DNA from: Fimbriosthenelais zetlandica
Lineage: Eukaryota
DNA: 64,000 nt
NCBI GenBank assembly: GCA_977030845.1
Contig: OZ365111.1
Span: forward strand, 8,990,001-9,054,000
Reading direction: 5' to 3'
The position numbers and the translations under genes are program-made. Under the pieces are notes generated by a model. It saw only the letters and a list, made by a program, of their open reading frames with translations. It did not search any database and was not told the origin of the DNA. Positions 1 through 13,692 of this stretch are shown here, piece by piece. How positions within the stretch are numbered: the stretch's first letter is position 1; each line of letters begins with the position of its first letter.

Positions 1-2573
1 AACATACCCAAAGAAGTTTTGATATGAAAAATGACAAAGAAATTGGGACCCACAAACAAATTGTATGTAGGCCTAGGCCTAATTTGGACAATAATGAACT
101 TTCGATAATGTATACTTTCCTTGAAACAAATATGTAGGCTACTTTTTAGAATAATCTTAGAGTAAAATTTTACTCTAAGGAATAAATACAATCAATCTGT
201 ATTTTCATCCGAGTTAACTAGTTTAAACATGGTATAGCCTAAAAACTTTTCAAGTTTATAGACCTCAGATATACTCATTGTAGCTGTGATCGAGTATTGG
301 CATTTTTTTCTTTAAACGTATTTTATGATAAGGTGGCGATTCAGGTGCATGGAAGGATAATGTGGCATATGTTTGATATTCTCCTGAAGTGGCATGGGAT
401 GGAATAATTTTGTATGAAGTGACATGGTATAATTAGGCCTATATGGGTAAGGGTCGGCAGAGGATGTGACTTTAGCCTAAGGCCCACGACTGCAATAAAG
501 CAAAGGATTATGAAAATCCACGAAAAGAACATCGTAAATGACGAATAACATAATTTTCTTCCTAATTACACATATAGTCCATCTCATTATTTGTACCTTA
601 GATTTCATCACTAAAGTGTAACCCCATTAGATTTGCATTACAATGATTAGTAAATTGTCTTATATTGTAACAATCATCACCAGAGATCGTCTATTTTCGA
701 GAACATCACCACCACAAGGCCACGTAGCATTGGCGAAGGCTTGTGAGCCGACCAGCGCCAGAGTCTGTCTGTCTGTCTCTTTCCTCGCCACTCAGTGCGC
801 ATGCCTCGGCCACATAATGTGTTATGGTAGGGGCAGATCAATACAGAAACCAGGGATAGCCTCAGTTCATACACATTATACCTCTGAATATTATCAATGC
901 AGTAGCTGATTGAAATACCTTTTTCATGATAAATGTACATATGTAGCAGTTCAAAAATGACACTCCCAAAGATCTTTCCAACAAAACATATGAAATAGGC
1001 GATATGGGCTTATGCATTTAAAAAAATATATCTTTAATAGCAGGCCCCTGACCTATCCCATGTATTGAACCCAAAATATTAATGATTATTACCCCAAACT
1101 GATATCATTTTTTTTAGAACGCTTAACATGAATGTTAAGACATATTTCCAGAATAATATGGCCTACATGTACTGGGTAGTGCGGGAGACATTTGATACTT
1201 GAGAAAGGCTCTTAACTTTCAGAATTAAATTTTAATAGATTGTGGCTAACTTAGGTTCCATAGAACCGTACATATGAAAATGGAATACATATATACGCCC
1301 CAAAGTCATGGAAATTGAAAAACTAATGACATAATGTTCAGATTGTTATTTAAACATATAAAATTATGTTCCTCATCTGACATTCAGAGTAACAATAATG
1401 CCTATAGTTGAATCAATGAATGGAAAAATCAAGTATAGTGCAACTGAGACATCAATCACAGGTCTACATGCAGTGCTTTTTCCAGTCATAGACAAGTGGA
1501 GCCACGTATAAGCAAATGGAAATGATATTATAATGCATAAATAAATAAAATATCAATGATGAATCTCCACTGATAGATGTGAGTTAAATTAGAATCATGC
1601 CTCTCAAGTTCCAAAGTCCCTATTTCATGACAGATAACACTAGGCATAATGTGTCTAAGAGAATAACTAGCCTATATGGAAAGGAATATTATCCTCCATA
1701 GGTACTGGTATCGGCTATACTACGCATAGATACTGAAAGGTAGGAGTGTATATATAAAGTAAGGAAAGGGCTGGTGATATATTCGTTCAGAATAATTCAG
1801 AAGGAACAAAATTAGACTCCCATCACCCACTTAACATGCAATCCTTATTTTCTTGCATTCAATCTCTACAATTGGACTGGTTAAAACTATAGATGTATGT
1901 GCTAGCTAAATTTCTGGAAAAAAATTCAAGGTTGGTCAGAGAAGTGTCGCACCCCTGGATGGCAGGGAACCGAATCCAAACTCGATCCAACCCATGACTG
2001 CCCCAGAGAGCAAACCATGGAGCGAATGGGGATATTTCCTAACACACCCAGGGCTGGCCCACTAAAAAGCTGGGAATGTGACATTCCCTAACGCACCAGG
2101 ACCTCACTTTCTTCCCCACTTAAACCCCGGTTTTCATAAGGGTTGGGAAATGATAGTTGCCTGGATCCAAGTGAAATTATTAATGCAGGTGGTTATTTGA
2201 ATATTATGACCACCGGAAGGGGACATTCATTTGGGCTTTTTGCAAGCAAGAGTGGGACTTAATGGGGGAATAGGAGTGTATATAAATGGAATAGTAAGGT
2301 AATGGTCCCTTCGCAGAAAGACTGGGTCCCTTCCCTCCCGTCACTCCTGCCTTCACAACTAACACAGGTCAAGCCAGGCAAGCTCAGACACAGACAGACC
2401 ACCACCGCTGTTCCCTTTCCCTCCCATCCCTTCTCCCCACCTCTCACTCAACTAAGCTAAAGGCTGTTCCCTTCAGTCCACCCACCTCCCTCCGACAGTC
2501 TCTGCTGAAGTAAAGAGAGTGAAAGCTCACAGCTTCAGTGGTGGAAGACTGGCTGGCACTGACGCAGACCCAG

Positions 2574-2587
2574 GTTTCCATAGCAAC
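2574..2587. promoter_or_regulatory. RFX X-box motif GTTTCCATAGCAAC
   Basis: Matches the 14-bp palindromic X-box consensus and lies in a GC-enriched non-coding island. Function is not shown. Confidence 0.4.
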
Positions 2588-5500
2588 CTCCAATATGGGT
2601 CGACTGAAGCAGGAACTTGGAAAAACAGAGAGGGAAAGAGCTGTAGTGGAGAAGCGAGAGACGGACTTCTGAACGTCGTGCCGATGTTATGAGGCATAAC
2701 TTCATTAATTTTTCCAAATATATATCATTGAAAACATCCTAAATATTTGATTTCAATAGTCTATTAGAGCAATATGATTAGAATGGAGAGTAGTAATTGT
2801 CTAAAAATGAAATGACTTTTTTTATTCCAGCATGACGAAAAATTAGTTGATGATTCCGGGAATAGCTAATATACGAGGGAGTGGGCGGGGAAGCTTTAAA
2901 AGGAATGAAAGAAAAATATTAAGAAGTAGAAAAGAAGAAAGGATGCGTTATTTTAAAGTTTCATCCAGCATCCCGTTCGTGGGCGACAGTCAAACGTTAT
3001 TTTTTCTTAAAGATCTATTCTAGTAATTCGAGGGGTCTTGTTCTTAGGTGATCTGACCATGCATTAATATATGTTCCGAGACACCTGAGTCAACCACGTC
3101 GTCCTTTTCCCAGAGAATGGTCAGCTCATAGTTGGGAGTTGGCCGAGCATTGTCCAGATCAGGGGACTGACCAACAAGGCTAACTGTGGTATGAGACCCG
3201 CATGTTGTGTCGTAAAGGCTTGGCAGGGAGGAGGAAGGCAGACGAACAGCTGTCGGCCGCCAACCACCAACAACAAGCCAGCGTTCAGGCTTTGTGCGAA
3301 ATGGTGGAGGTGGCCGTATCACCATAGCAACCTACCACCAATGAGCTCTGACCGGATCGATGAACTGCTATCATCAAGGGGTGAGACAGAGAACAAGACA
3401 GACAGGAAGAGAGAAAGACAGACAGAACCATATTGATAATGACCTGAAGACATTTGATATGGACAGGCAATGAGGGACAGTAAAAGACTAGGCCTAACAG
3501 TCAGTTTTGTGATAAATAAATTTTTTAAAAAACTTTTATATATAAGAATATGAGGGGAAAAATGTCCAAAGACCAGACCCCGAAAGGGAATTGTGCAGTT
3601 GGTCACTGCAAAGAGTAAGACAAGAGAGAATGTTGAATTTGAAAGAAGAAACGGAGAAAGGCTGGCAGATAGGCTAGTGGTGGTGAGTGAAGGGAAAAGT
3701 AAAGGACACAGGAGAGCCGGGTGCCTGCTGCAGTTGCAGCTCCAGAAGGCAAGCAGGCTGGCAATGGTCGAGGTGATCAAGCGGTGATCAGGCCAAAAGA
3801 TGGGAGCATTTTGGTGGTGATGGAGTGTGGGTTCATTCACCTCTGGGATAACTCATTTATAGTAACCTAGAGTTTATGCACTCAGTTTTAATTCTATGAA
3901 GAACAACTCCTTAACCAGGCAGTCTCTGAGATTTTAAAAGAGATTATGCTCAGTCCAGTTAAATCTATTTTTCATTAAGTTTCAGTGTACAGATGTTAAT
4001 CATTAAAAAAAGTTCCCATTAGAAAAGAAAAGAAGGTTTCCTTTAAAATAAATTCCCGTTAGTTAGGAGTAAACGGTTATATTGTTAAGGCAGAAAATAG
4101 AGCAGGCGCAGCTGAGCCAAACGACACACAGGTAGATTTCTCTGGCTTAGTTATCCAACTTATAGAAGAGGAGAGCCAGAGAAGAAGCGACCATAGGGCC
4201 TATATATGTAGGATCAAGGCGACCTTTAAATTGAGAAGGTAAGATAGTGAGTAAGTCGGGGAGAAGGTGATGAGGGGAGAAAACGGACAAAGTAAACAGA
4301 CTGGGCACTAACACTGAATGGTTCATAACGGTGGAGCAACTCGGCCCCCGCCCCCCTCCTGATCAATAACTCGATGGTCGGAGTTTGCATCCCGCTTCTG
4401 CCATACCCTGCGTCACATTGCGCCGATGGCAGAACTGCATAAGCTCAACATCGGGAGTCCTCTGCAAAGCGCTTTGTTCACGGGAAGGCACAGAGTATAC
4501 TACAGAAAGCTCCGACTCGCCCGACTCCCCATGCTGAGGCAGGGTTTGAGGGAGTGAGGGGGGAGGAAGGGGGAAAATGTGTGGGAAAGGAGGAGGGGAG
4601 AAATGGGGGTGATGGAAGGGAGATTGGGTGGGAGAATAATGGGAAGGGGAGGGGAGAAACGGACAGGGAAAGGGGAGAAGAGAAAATGGAGGGCAGGAAA
4701 GGACGGCAGACTGGAGAAGCAGGAAAATGACGTTTGTACGACATCTGCCTTTATGGGATGACTCCGGAAGGCAGTATGACTGCTTTTGCTGGTGTTCTCG
4801 GTGCATTCTTAGTTTCTGGATTGAATTGCTGCTTTAATGGGACCTGGAGCTGGTTTCCATCCAAACACTATTAATGAATGAATGAGATGGTCTGGTGAGG
4901 TCTGCGTTATCAGGATAGACTAATATACACATGTTTATACCCACTCCCATCATAATATATATAGACAATCAAGTAATAAATCCAGATGAAATTAACCGAT
5001 GACGATAATGTATGATTGAGATGAATAGAGGACGACTGGTGAGATTGTATGCGTATGTATGCGCCTATTGTCATAGTAATAGGTGTTTATATGTGCAATG
5101 ATGAGCACAGGAACATTGAGGATAAAAACAGGAGACTGTCAGGGGGATGTGTGAACAGCGAACTGGGCAGGGAGCTATATATTTGGAATATGAGGCGATG
5201 GAGGCGGAGGATGCAGGAGATATTTAGGGGGCGGTGTCATGGCAATGAATTAGAATCCACTGCCTTTTCAGCTAACTCCTCAGCACCTTCGATTTAGCGG
5301 GTCGAACAAGTAGGCTACGGAGGGAAATAAATAAAGAATAAAGAACACCATTTGCAATTTGATATAAAACTATATTTTTTTAAAAATCTGGTTTTCTCGA
5401 AAGAAAATCAATTATATATCTCTCGATGAGGCACTTGGAAACCATGCCCATCGCTTTCAAAGCAGAATCAGAGGACATCTAATCACAATGCACTTGTCTA

Positions 5501-7449
5501 TTAATGTTTGCCATCCGCGCAACCCGGGGACAGGGGAAAATTCTCTTTTTTAATGGAAAAGGAAATATCTCGAGTCCAGTAAATGCCCCTATCAAATCAC
5601 TTTTAATTTCCCATCAATTTAGTTAATACTTCTAAGATATCCCATAGTATTTTCCCAATGTACCATGGGTGCGCAGAGGGACATCCAATAGACACGTGCA
5701 TCGCAAGAATGTTGTCCAACTGAATGGATACAGAGAAGTGGCCTTGACAATATATGACTTAGTTGAATTTCCACATATAAATACTAATTAACCTAGGAAC
5801 AATTTCCTTTTAACTGGCGTCGAGTGGTAAAATCCATCGGCCATACATTTGGAACTCAATGTACAACTCACTTTCTCATAGTCCCCAACACATAATTTAT
5901 GTACATAGCACACAAAATGGTTGTCTCAACCATTTTGAATTGAGATTGCATGCAACTTTCACACATGATACGAGCGCGTCCGGCCAGTATACATGTATTT
6001 TTTTTGCACCTTGTTTTCAATAATACATTTTTTCATTCTCATAAATAATACATTTTGTTTTTATCTCTGGAAATGTTACAACGGATTTTTACACTCTCCA
6101 TTTTGGAGATTTCATTTTACAGACCTCGTCTCCAGGGCAGATGCCATGGCAGAGGTGACACATTTAAGAAGGATTAAACAATATTTTCTACCTTTTTGAA
6201 GACTAGGTAGTTCCTAAGAAGGAACTAGTCCAGACAAGGCATCACTTTATAAATCAAAATCAACAAGCATAATGCACATTTTTTGCTCAGCAACTTGTGA
6301 AGTCCAAAATAGGGCACCTAGACAAGTACTATTTTATGTGGCACTGTTCTTCAGTCAATATAACTGGTGCACACTGATTGGATTTGGAGAAACCAGGTTT
6401 CTCTCAGTTAACCATAACTTCCAGTTTTATAAGTTTTTAACTTAATACCAGCAAACCAAGGAAGCTCCGCCAACTAACCATTATATCTCACGTGACACGC
6501 ACGTGATCTTCATAATTATTGTACATACCAGGCATTAACTGCAACCTCTATGCTTTATCACAGACCCTGTAACCACGGTAACTTATAAACAACATACCAA
6601 TTGACAACCAGTTCTTTTTTGCCTTCTTGATCATCAGGGGCACTTGACTTCCATACTTTCACATTCCAATATATATAATATTACCCCACCCCTTAACCCA
6701 CCCTTCCAACCTAAACCTAACACACAAAGTATGTGGCTAGGTGATCCTTTCACCCTCTATATCCGTCCATTGTAACCCCTTCAAACAAGAAATCAACTTC
6801 AGTGGACAATTTCATGCTAACTCTGGTGGTGGAACTATCCCCTGATTTGTGATAATAATATTGAACATCACATCCTACTGGGAAACTAGTAAGGATGCTA
6901 TTCCAGCAACACCCCATTTCAACAAACACGAGTCTGCTGCTCTTCCTGAGCAACCATCTCCCAATCAGTCCCCTCACATAAATGTACAATTCACTACAGC
7001 TCACAGATCCAGCCTGTCCGCAAAATACCTTTACAGTACATAATCATTACAGGTACGATTGCACCAATATTCAAATATTATGTACAATATTTTTTGTTGC
7101 TTTCTAAGTGGGTTTTTTTTTTTTCAAGTCTTCCCATTCATTTTTTTGTAATATAATAATGTTGAGGAATCATAACAATGAATACCACCTTGTATAATAC
7201 AGGATGATGATGATATAATATATACCTATCTATCTGCTGCCCGGTTTTCAATTCAATTCAAATGTCATTAAATTAATGTTAAAATGAAATCAGGAACTCT
7301 TCATTGTGATATGATTGATAAAGGAGGGAGATGGGTAATTTACAACGAACATAATGATGATAGTGTAACGATAGCAATGATAGGTAGTAAGATGTCAGTT
7401 TGGTAAGGTAGAAGTAGAGAAGGCTAAATGTTGTGGTGTGGGGGGGTTG

Positions 7450-7630
7450 GAAGCAGGAGGAGGTGGAGGAGGAGGAGGAGGATGAGAAAGAAGGGGAGGC
7501 AGATCAATAGCTGGTGTGGGGCAGGCTGCTGCAACAAGCCAAGGCTATACTTGTATAGAGCAGGAGTATGAGGAGGAGGAGGAGGTGGAGGAGGAGGAAG
7601 CTTCTGCTCCACCAGTAGTAGTAGCAGCAG
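7450..7630. repeat. (GGA)n/(CAG)n low-complexity tract next to GC boxes
   Basis: Runs of GGAGGAGGA and GTAGTAGCAGCAGCAG are directly visible; CCCCGCCCCCGCCCCCG GC boxes lie at 7794-7818. Confidence 0.7.
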
Positions 7631-9454
7631 CAGCTCCACCATCCCTCAGGCCTCTCTACTGCCACTAGTTGCTTAGGGGGATGAGGAGGATCCAAAATGA
7701 TCAGCTTATCCCTGCACTTTGTGATCAAGCCATCAACACTCCGCCATCCCATTTCACTCTCTTTCTCTGCTTCTCACCTCCCCAGCCCATACTCCCCGCC
7801 CCCGCCCCCGACCCGCCCACCAAAAGCAATCGGTGTTAAACTACAACTTTTAAATTCTATGACATAGCAAACATCTCCACGTTTCAAATTCTGAGCGGAC
7901 AGTGGGACACAATAATTGCGCGTATTCACTGATAGTATGATTCTCATTGTAGCCGTGGTCTAGCCACGCTTCGTATTGCACAATAGACACTAACACAGTA
8001 TATCTTGGTCTCAGAGATAGATAACTACGTAAACAATTTTTCTCACTAATAAAATATTCAAATATTATCGCCAAATTAAGGTAACTCAAGGAGACGACAA
8101 ACTTGGGAGAAAATTTTTGAGCAAAGGCTTAACACTCTCAATGATTGTAACGTTAGGTTCCCAAAATAGGGAATTTGAATAAATACGATAGTGGTTCCAG
8201 ATAAAAATTAGATTAATTTAAGAGATTTCTGCTAATAAAACAAACAAGAGGCTTATAAAAAGCAATTACATGAAGGAATGGTATTCGTGAAAATCCTATA
8301 TCAATACCTTAATACATATATATGTATACATAAAATTCAATATACACATTTATATGTATGGAGATATCATATGCGTGAATTCAACACAAGAAATACAAGA
8401 GAAATGCTTGTATCTGTTGGTGTCCAGCGACAATACGGATCTGTGACACAATGGCAAGGTTCCTGTGATAAATATATGTAACAAACTGTTAAGTTTGACA
8501 GTTTTTCGAACAGCTGTTCTGGCCCAACAACCATGGCTGACTTTTCTGGTACAGTACAAAACAGAACGTCTGCATGCTTAATTAATTTGTCCATTCCAAC
8601 ACAACTCCCCATTTCCAAACAGCCATAGGCCTGTCCACATTGTTTGCAATTGCACTTCATAAACATATATATATATATTTTTCCATATACATCATTGGTA
8701 TAAGTTTCCAATGTACATTGAAAACTACATTATCTCTCTCTGTGTGTATATATACTAGTCATTTTGCTTCTTCGTTGTATCAAATATAATTGTCAATAGG
8801 TTCAAGTCAACTCTGTCAAAGACATCTTTGGAAATGTAAAACTTATATGTGATCCTTGCTGTAAAAACCCCCGACGATTGTCTGTGTATATAAAATAGTT
8901 TGAAACAGTCAATAGGTCATGTTTATCATCATGGCTTTTACACAAGACCATGTTTGGATGGGCAGCTGATGGTTTGGTGACCATACAATAGAGAAGTAGG
9001 ACTGTCAAATTTTACCTCCCTAGTTGTCTCTACCTCACAACTCATAGTGTTTGGTACGGGACAGTTATACATACATTATATACCGGCTGTCATGGCAAAG
9101 TTTAACACTAGAGTTTTACAGAGAGGCAGGTATGGAACTCTCGAACAACCTTGACTACAAAAACAGCTAGATATTATCAAGAGATCGACTGTCTGTCAGC
9201 CAGCCTATGTCTTTCTTGACCATAAATAGACTAGACATCGTTGGCGACGATGCGTTTCAACCATCATTGAATGGCGTTTCTTATCTTCTCGCTCAGAAAT
9301 TTCCAATAACCAGGATTCCATTTTTGAAACATTTCTGTATGAATTACAAGTAGTCAGTGATACTGATAATGATGATAGGATATATTTCTGTATGTATACA
9401 TATAATATAATATAAATATAATGATCACATTCAATCCGCTAGATTCAGTTCTGG

Positions 9455-10474
9455 TCAGATTCCCACCAATACTTGCATGATATGGTCTAAGTCATCGTTG
9501 AGGAGTTCATTTCTGTAGCACGGGGAAGGATTGCTTAATTGAGGCGGATGATGGGAAGAGTCTGTTGGGAAAGAGTGCAAGAGTTCCTCTGCACTCAAAG
9601 GTGCCATCTTCACATTCGAAGAGAAGGAGGAAAATAGGTCAAAGTCATATAAAGTCAAGTCTATATCACCAAAAATGTCTGTTTGGCCGTTAGGGTTGTG
9701 AAGAGAGCGGTGTTGGGAGGTAAGGTGCGACTGAACCGAGCACCCATTAGGCAAGGTAGGCATTGGGAGCAATGGCATTGGGCCAGTTCGTGAATAGTCC
9801 AAGTCGAACATGGTAGAGAGACTGGATAAGGCGCCCCGGTCATTGTTCAGCAGTACATCGGCGCTCGAACATGCCAACTTAGTAGCGTTCGTCACTGGTT
9901 GTAAAGTATGGATAATAGGTTCAGGTTCTGCTTCCGCTTCCTCTGGGCTCTCCTCGGCCACCATGGGTGGCGCTGGCGTTGGGGGCGCCTCAGGAGGGCA
10001 TTGTAAACTCGAACAGAATGGAGTCCGAGGGAGATCCCCCAAAACCCCAAGCGTACTACTTGTGGTTATGCTCCCTCCCATAGGGAGGACTGTGGAGGAG
10101 GAGGGGGAGGAGGAGGTTGGGGGGAGTGAAGCGGGGCATGGAAGGGGACAATCGGGTCGTGGTGGTAGGTCGGAGGCGACTGGGATAGGGTCGAGGTTCA
10201 TTGGATCCATATCGTCCTCTTGGAGCGGTTGGAAGAGTGTGGGACTGACTGGTGTTGGGACCACACCCTCTTGTTGTAACTCATGCTCTATGATCCGTAG
10301 GGTGTTGTAGATGAGGACAGAGCGGCGTAGGGAGGGTTCAGTCCGGCGGACAGGGGGCATCCTCAACTTATACATGGAGATGTCGAGGATGGACTGTCTC
10401 TGCTGGATGTACGTGCCCCCCTCCATTACCTCCACCTCGCTGAACTTTCGCTTCACACCACACGGACCGTACAT
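9455..10474 (-). CDS. SERTA domain-containing protein (SERTAD1-3/CDCA4/Taranis family), 339 aa, single coding exon
   Basis: N-terminus MYGPCGVKRKF resembles the GxKRK start of SERTAD2/CDCA4. SERTA domain: QQRQSILDISMYKLRMPPVRRTEPSLRRSVLIYNTLRIIEHEL. Family C-terminal motif: DDLDHIMQVLVGI*. A pyrimidine-rich acceptor (TTCCTCTTTCCAG) places the exon start at 10481, so the ORF-track start at 10501 is intronic. Confidence 0.93.
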   Translation of the reverse strand: MYGPCGVKRKFSEVEVMEGGTYIQQRQSILDISMYKLRMPPVRRTEPSLRRSVLIYNTLRIIEHELQQEGVVPTPVSPTLFQPLQEDDMDPMNLDPIPVASDLPPRPDCPLPCPASLPPTSSSPSSSTVLPMGGSITTSSTLGVLGDLPRTPFCSSLQCPPEAPPTPAPPMVAEESPEEAEAEPEPIIHTLQPVTNATKLACSSADVLLNNDRGALSSLSTMFDLDYSRTGPMPLLPMPTLPNGCSVQSHLTSQHRSLHNPNGQTDIFGDIDLTLYDFDLFSSFSSNVKMAPLSAEELLHSFPTDSSHHPPQLSNPSPCYRNELLNDDLDHIMQVLVGI

Positions 10475-12044
10475 GGCATATCTGGAAAGAGGAAGAAACA
10501 ACAGAGTCAGTCACGAGTGAGTCACACGTCATGGAATAAATCACTCCAATCATTTTATATACATAATGCCTAATGTCCAAGGTTTTTTTAAATTATTAAT
10601 TCCAGTATTATTTAAGTTACCAAGGTTTTTTATTATTATTATTAATTTCAGTATTATTTTCCTTAATTCAAATGCAATTCTCTCTCCAAAAAACACCTTG
10701 TTATTGTCCTACTACCCATGAAAATGTGTCAAAGTGCTATAAATTTAGTTTAATTATTTTTATCTATTATGTGCGTATCCCATTTATTTAGAATTAAAAG
10801 GCTTCATAGTTTCGAATTCATAATATATGTGGTTATAATTTTGCATTCCACCATACTTAAGAATTTTAAAGATAAGTTTAGAATTGTGACATACTAATCA
10901 AAATTCTATTCCGAGGAAACAAAAGCATATAAGCTGGAGTCATTTTGTAGGTAGAGCTCTCTTGTTTGCTAGTCATACATCTAACCCGGATGAACAAGCC
11001 TGTTATGAGTTAAGTCCAATATGATAAGACAGCTGTATCATATTTTACACCAGATAAGATAGAATTTTGAGAGATCTCACGCGGCTCAATTACATATATA
11101 TATGAGTAAATTTCAAGAGCGTAAGACCAGTGTATTAATGTAAACTTTATGTAATAATATAAACTATTTCATCAATTGCAAATAAAAAGTTTTTTTTACG
11201 AGAACGTTAGTACCATGGATCAACTATCTCTCAAGCCGTCTTTCCCTTTTGGTTGATTTCCCATATTTTTATAAGGTTCTCTCCGAGGAACTGGTTTCAG
11301 GTACTACTTTCTGCCCTTTAAAGTCTCCAACCCTGACAGAGTATAAATTTGGGTACAAATAGGCCGTGTCCAATGTGTGTGACGACACTAGGACCACAGC
11401 ATAAAGACTACACAACTAGATCGAGGACTTTCCCTGATTAGTGAACTAACTTGGAACTAATCAGAAATATTCACATACTAGAAGTTGCAATATGAATTCA
11501 AGTAATTATTTAATATATTACGTGTTATTAAAACAACTCAAAAAGAGATGTAAAATTCCATCAAAGCAAACCCAATATGAATCAATGAAAGTCCATACGA
11601 ATTGTCACTAAAACTTACAAATCTAACTTCAAAGTTTTGGCGTGAGCCATTGAAAGAAGTAATTAGTCTTATTAAATTATATTTTTAAGAAGGCAAATTG
11701 ATAAACAAGCTTTTATAAGTCTCCACCCATGACAATTTTCTCCCATAACCATCAACCAATCCACAGAATGATGTCATCAAAATATATTACCTAATCCACA
11801 AAACAATACAAGTTGTCAACACCAAGGTCTGTTAGTATATTAATTTGAAACTTCACAAGTTTTGAGTTTCAAACTTTCAAGAAAGTCTTTAGCCTATTAA
11901 AGCTGCACAACATCTCTCAGCAGTCAACACAGTTCAAGTCGCGTGCATGGACACTGAGCCTGAGTAGAGAGTGAAGAGTGATTAAGTTGTGCTTAGACTT
12001 GTTTGTATTGTTCAAATGACTATATGTAAGGTATATAAGCTTAC

Positions 12045-12650
12045 CTGTTAAGTGCGAACTAGGAGGAAGGTAGAATAGATACAGCATTCTATAGGACTTG
12101 TATATTAAGGGACTTGGTAGTGGTAGAGGTGGTAGCGCAATGTGTTGTCATACAGCATGAAGCCTATGCGCAGGCACACACAGTTAACAACAGCCGAGAG
12201 AGGCCTTGGGTTAGTACATAGCGAGCCGAGACATCTCCGACCACAGTGTCTTGCCAACTGGCAACCAAGCCCTCCCCTTTCCCCCTAGTAGTCTTTCTCT
12301 CTCGCTTCTGTTCGCCAAACGGCCACTGGCGGCAGCACTGATCCGGACAAGCCGGTGTGAACAACACTAGCGCTCCGGCTCGTGCAGCGAGGGCAGGGGG
12401 AAGAAGAAAGAGGAGGCGGAGGAGGAGGAGGGAGAAGAGGCCGCTCAGCCAGTGTTTGGCCGTGTGTTGGTTGTGCTGGTAGTAGGGCTGTAATAGACAA
12501 TGAGGACCGGTGGATCGCACATCAACTAGGCCAGAGATGATGTTGGCTAGATGATGGTAACAATACAACTGACCCTCCTGGCCCAACATTGTCGAGGCAA
12601 AATGACCCTCACTACAAAATAGGCTACTACCAAGCTGTATTATATAAGCC
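12045..12650 (-). promoter_or_regulatory. Putative TATA promoter and non-coding/uORF-bearing first exon of the SERTA gene
   Basis: TATATAA on the minus strand at about 12640-12646, a CpG/GC-rich stretch at 12160-12600 and a CAG|GTAAGC donor at 12045, 1.6 kb upstream of the coding-exon acceptor. Splicing to 10481 is inferred. Confidence 0.6.
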
Positions 12651-13692
12651 TATATATTTCAACTATGTTTAATAGTTGTGTATTGACCGAATTGATCAAT
12701 TATTCCATGAATGATACAGCAAAATGTCAACATCAGAATTTAATCATGAGAAGCCATTGCACAAATATGTACCTTTTGGCTAAATATAGTGCGTCTTCAA
12801 TGAACATAAATATATGGATCCCATGTTTTAATGGTAGCTTTCAGCAAGTGGCAGTTTCATATTAAATCGTTTAAATGTAGCCTACACTGAACATTAGTGA
12901 AACTTAAGGAACTAGGCATAATGTTACCAGTAATCATTAATAATCCCATTTCCCCTGCCAGACTAAGCTTTAAAAATCCACTAAGCCATTATAATATCAT
13001 CATGACATACCCGGGAAAGTTTTACAAGACAGTCTCACACCTCAATCATTAACCTCGTTAAATCAGGCAGCGTTCATATTTAGAGATCAAGTATTCATTT
13101 GCATTACCAAGAATTCTCATGATTCATATAGAATATAATTATAGAATTAATTCATCGGAATAGACTGAAGGTAATTATGTACCTCCTGTCCAGGTCGCCA
13201 ATTACAATCAGCCTAAAACCTGTGTATATAACAAAGACCCTCTGTGAGAGAAAGATGTGTATTGAGACTGAAAATCATAGATGAGTACCAAAAAACATAC
13301 TTAAAACCTGAATATTTACTTAAAAACTTAATATATAAATCCATCGTTTCTTAATGCCTGTTACTCTATGTTAAAATAATCTTTGAAATTTAAATATTTC
13401 AAAAATTCCCTTTTTGACATAAGTCCTCATGCAAGGACTAAGTGCTTTCCAAACATAGAAAAAGTAAAATCTTTAGTTCTAGGCCCATAGACACCAACTC
13501 AACACCTAAATCCATCTTTTTGTAATTCCTATTCCACTATGTGTAAAGTGAACATTTTCAAACTTCTTTCTAGACTCTTGTCTCCAAGCAAGGAAACTCT
13601 AGTACTGGTCCTTAACTCCTGTCACAACACAGCCTCCTAGCCCTCTATTCAAATTCTCCAGTCCTGCAACCACCCACCATGCAGTCAGCCCT

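Noticed and set aside
365-385. miR-190-like ATATGTTTGATAT (and miR-7-like TGGAAGACT at about 2543)
   Set aside because: Only partial matches and no precursor hairpin.
4363-4806. 147-aa Pro/Phe/Ser-rich ORF
   Set aside because: Most of it derives from the homopurine tract, and no homology is recognisable.
7428-7571. Protamine-like 47-aa plus-strand ORF (RRRWRRRRR)
   Set aside because: The Arg run is simply the (GGA)n repeat read as AGG.
9661-10580. Antisense and alternative-frame ORFs over the SERTA CDS (and similar ones over the zinc-finger, TLR and ASB CDSs)
   Set aside because: They are shadows of GC-richer coding sequence, with no domains or independent splice signals.
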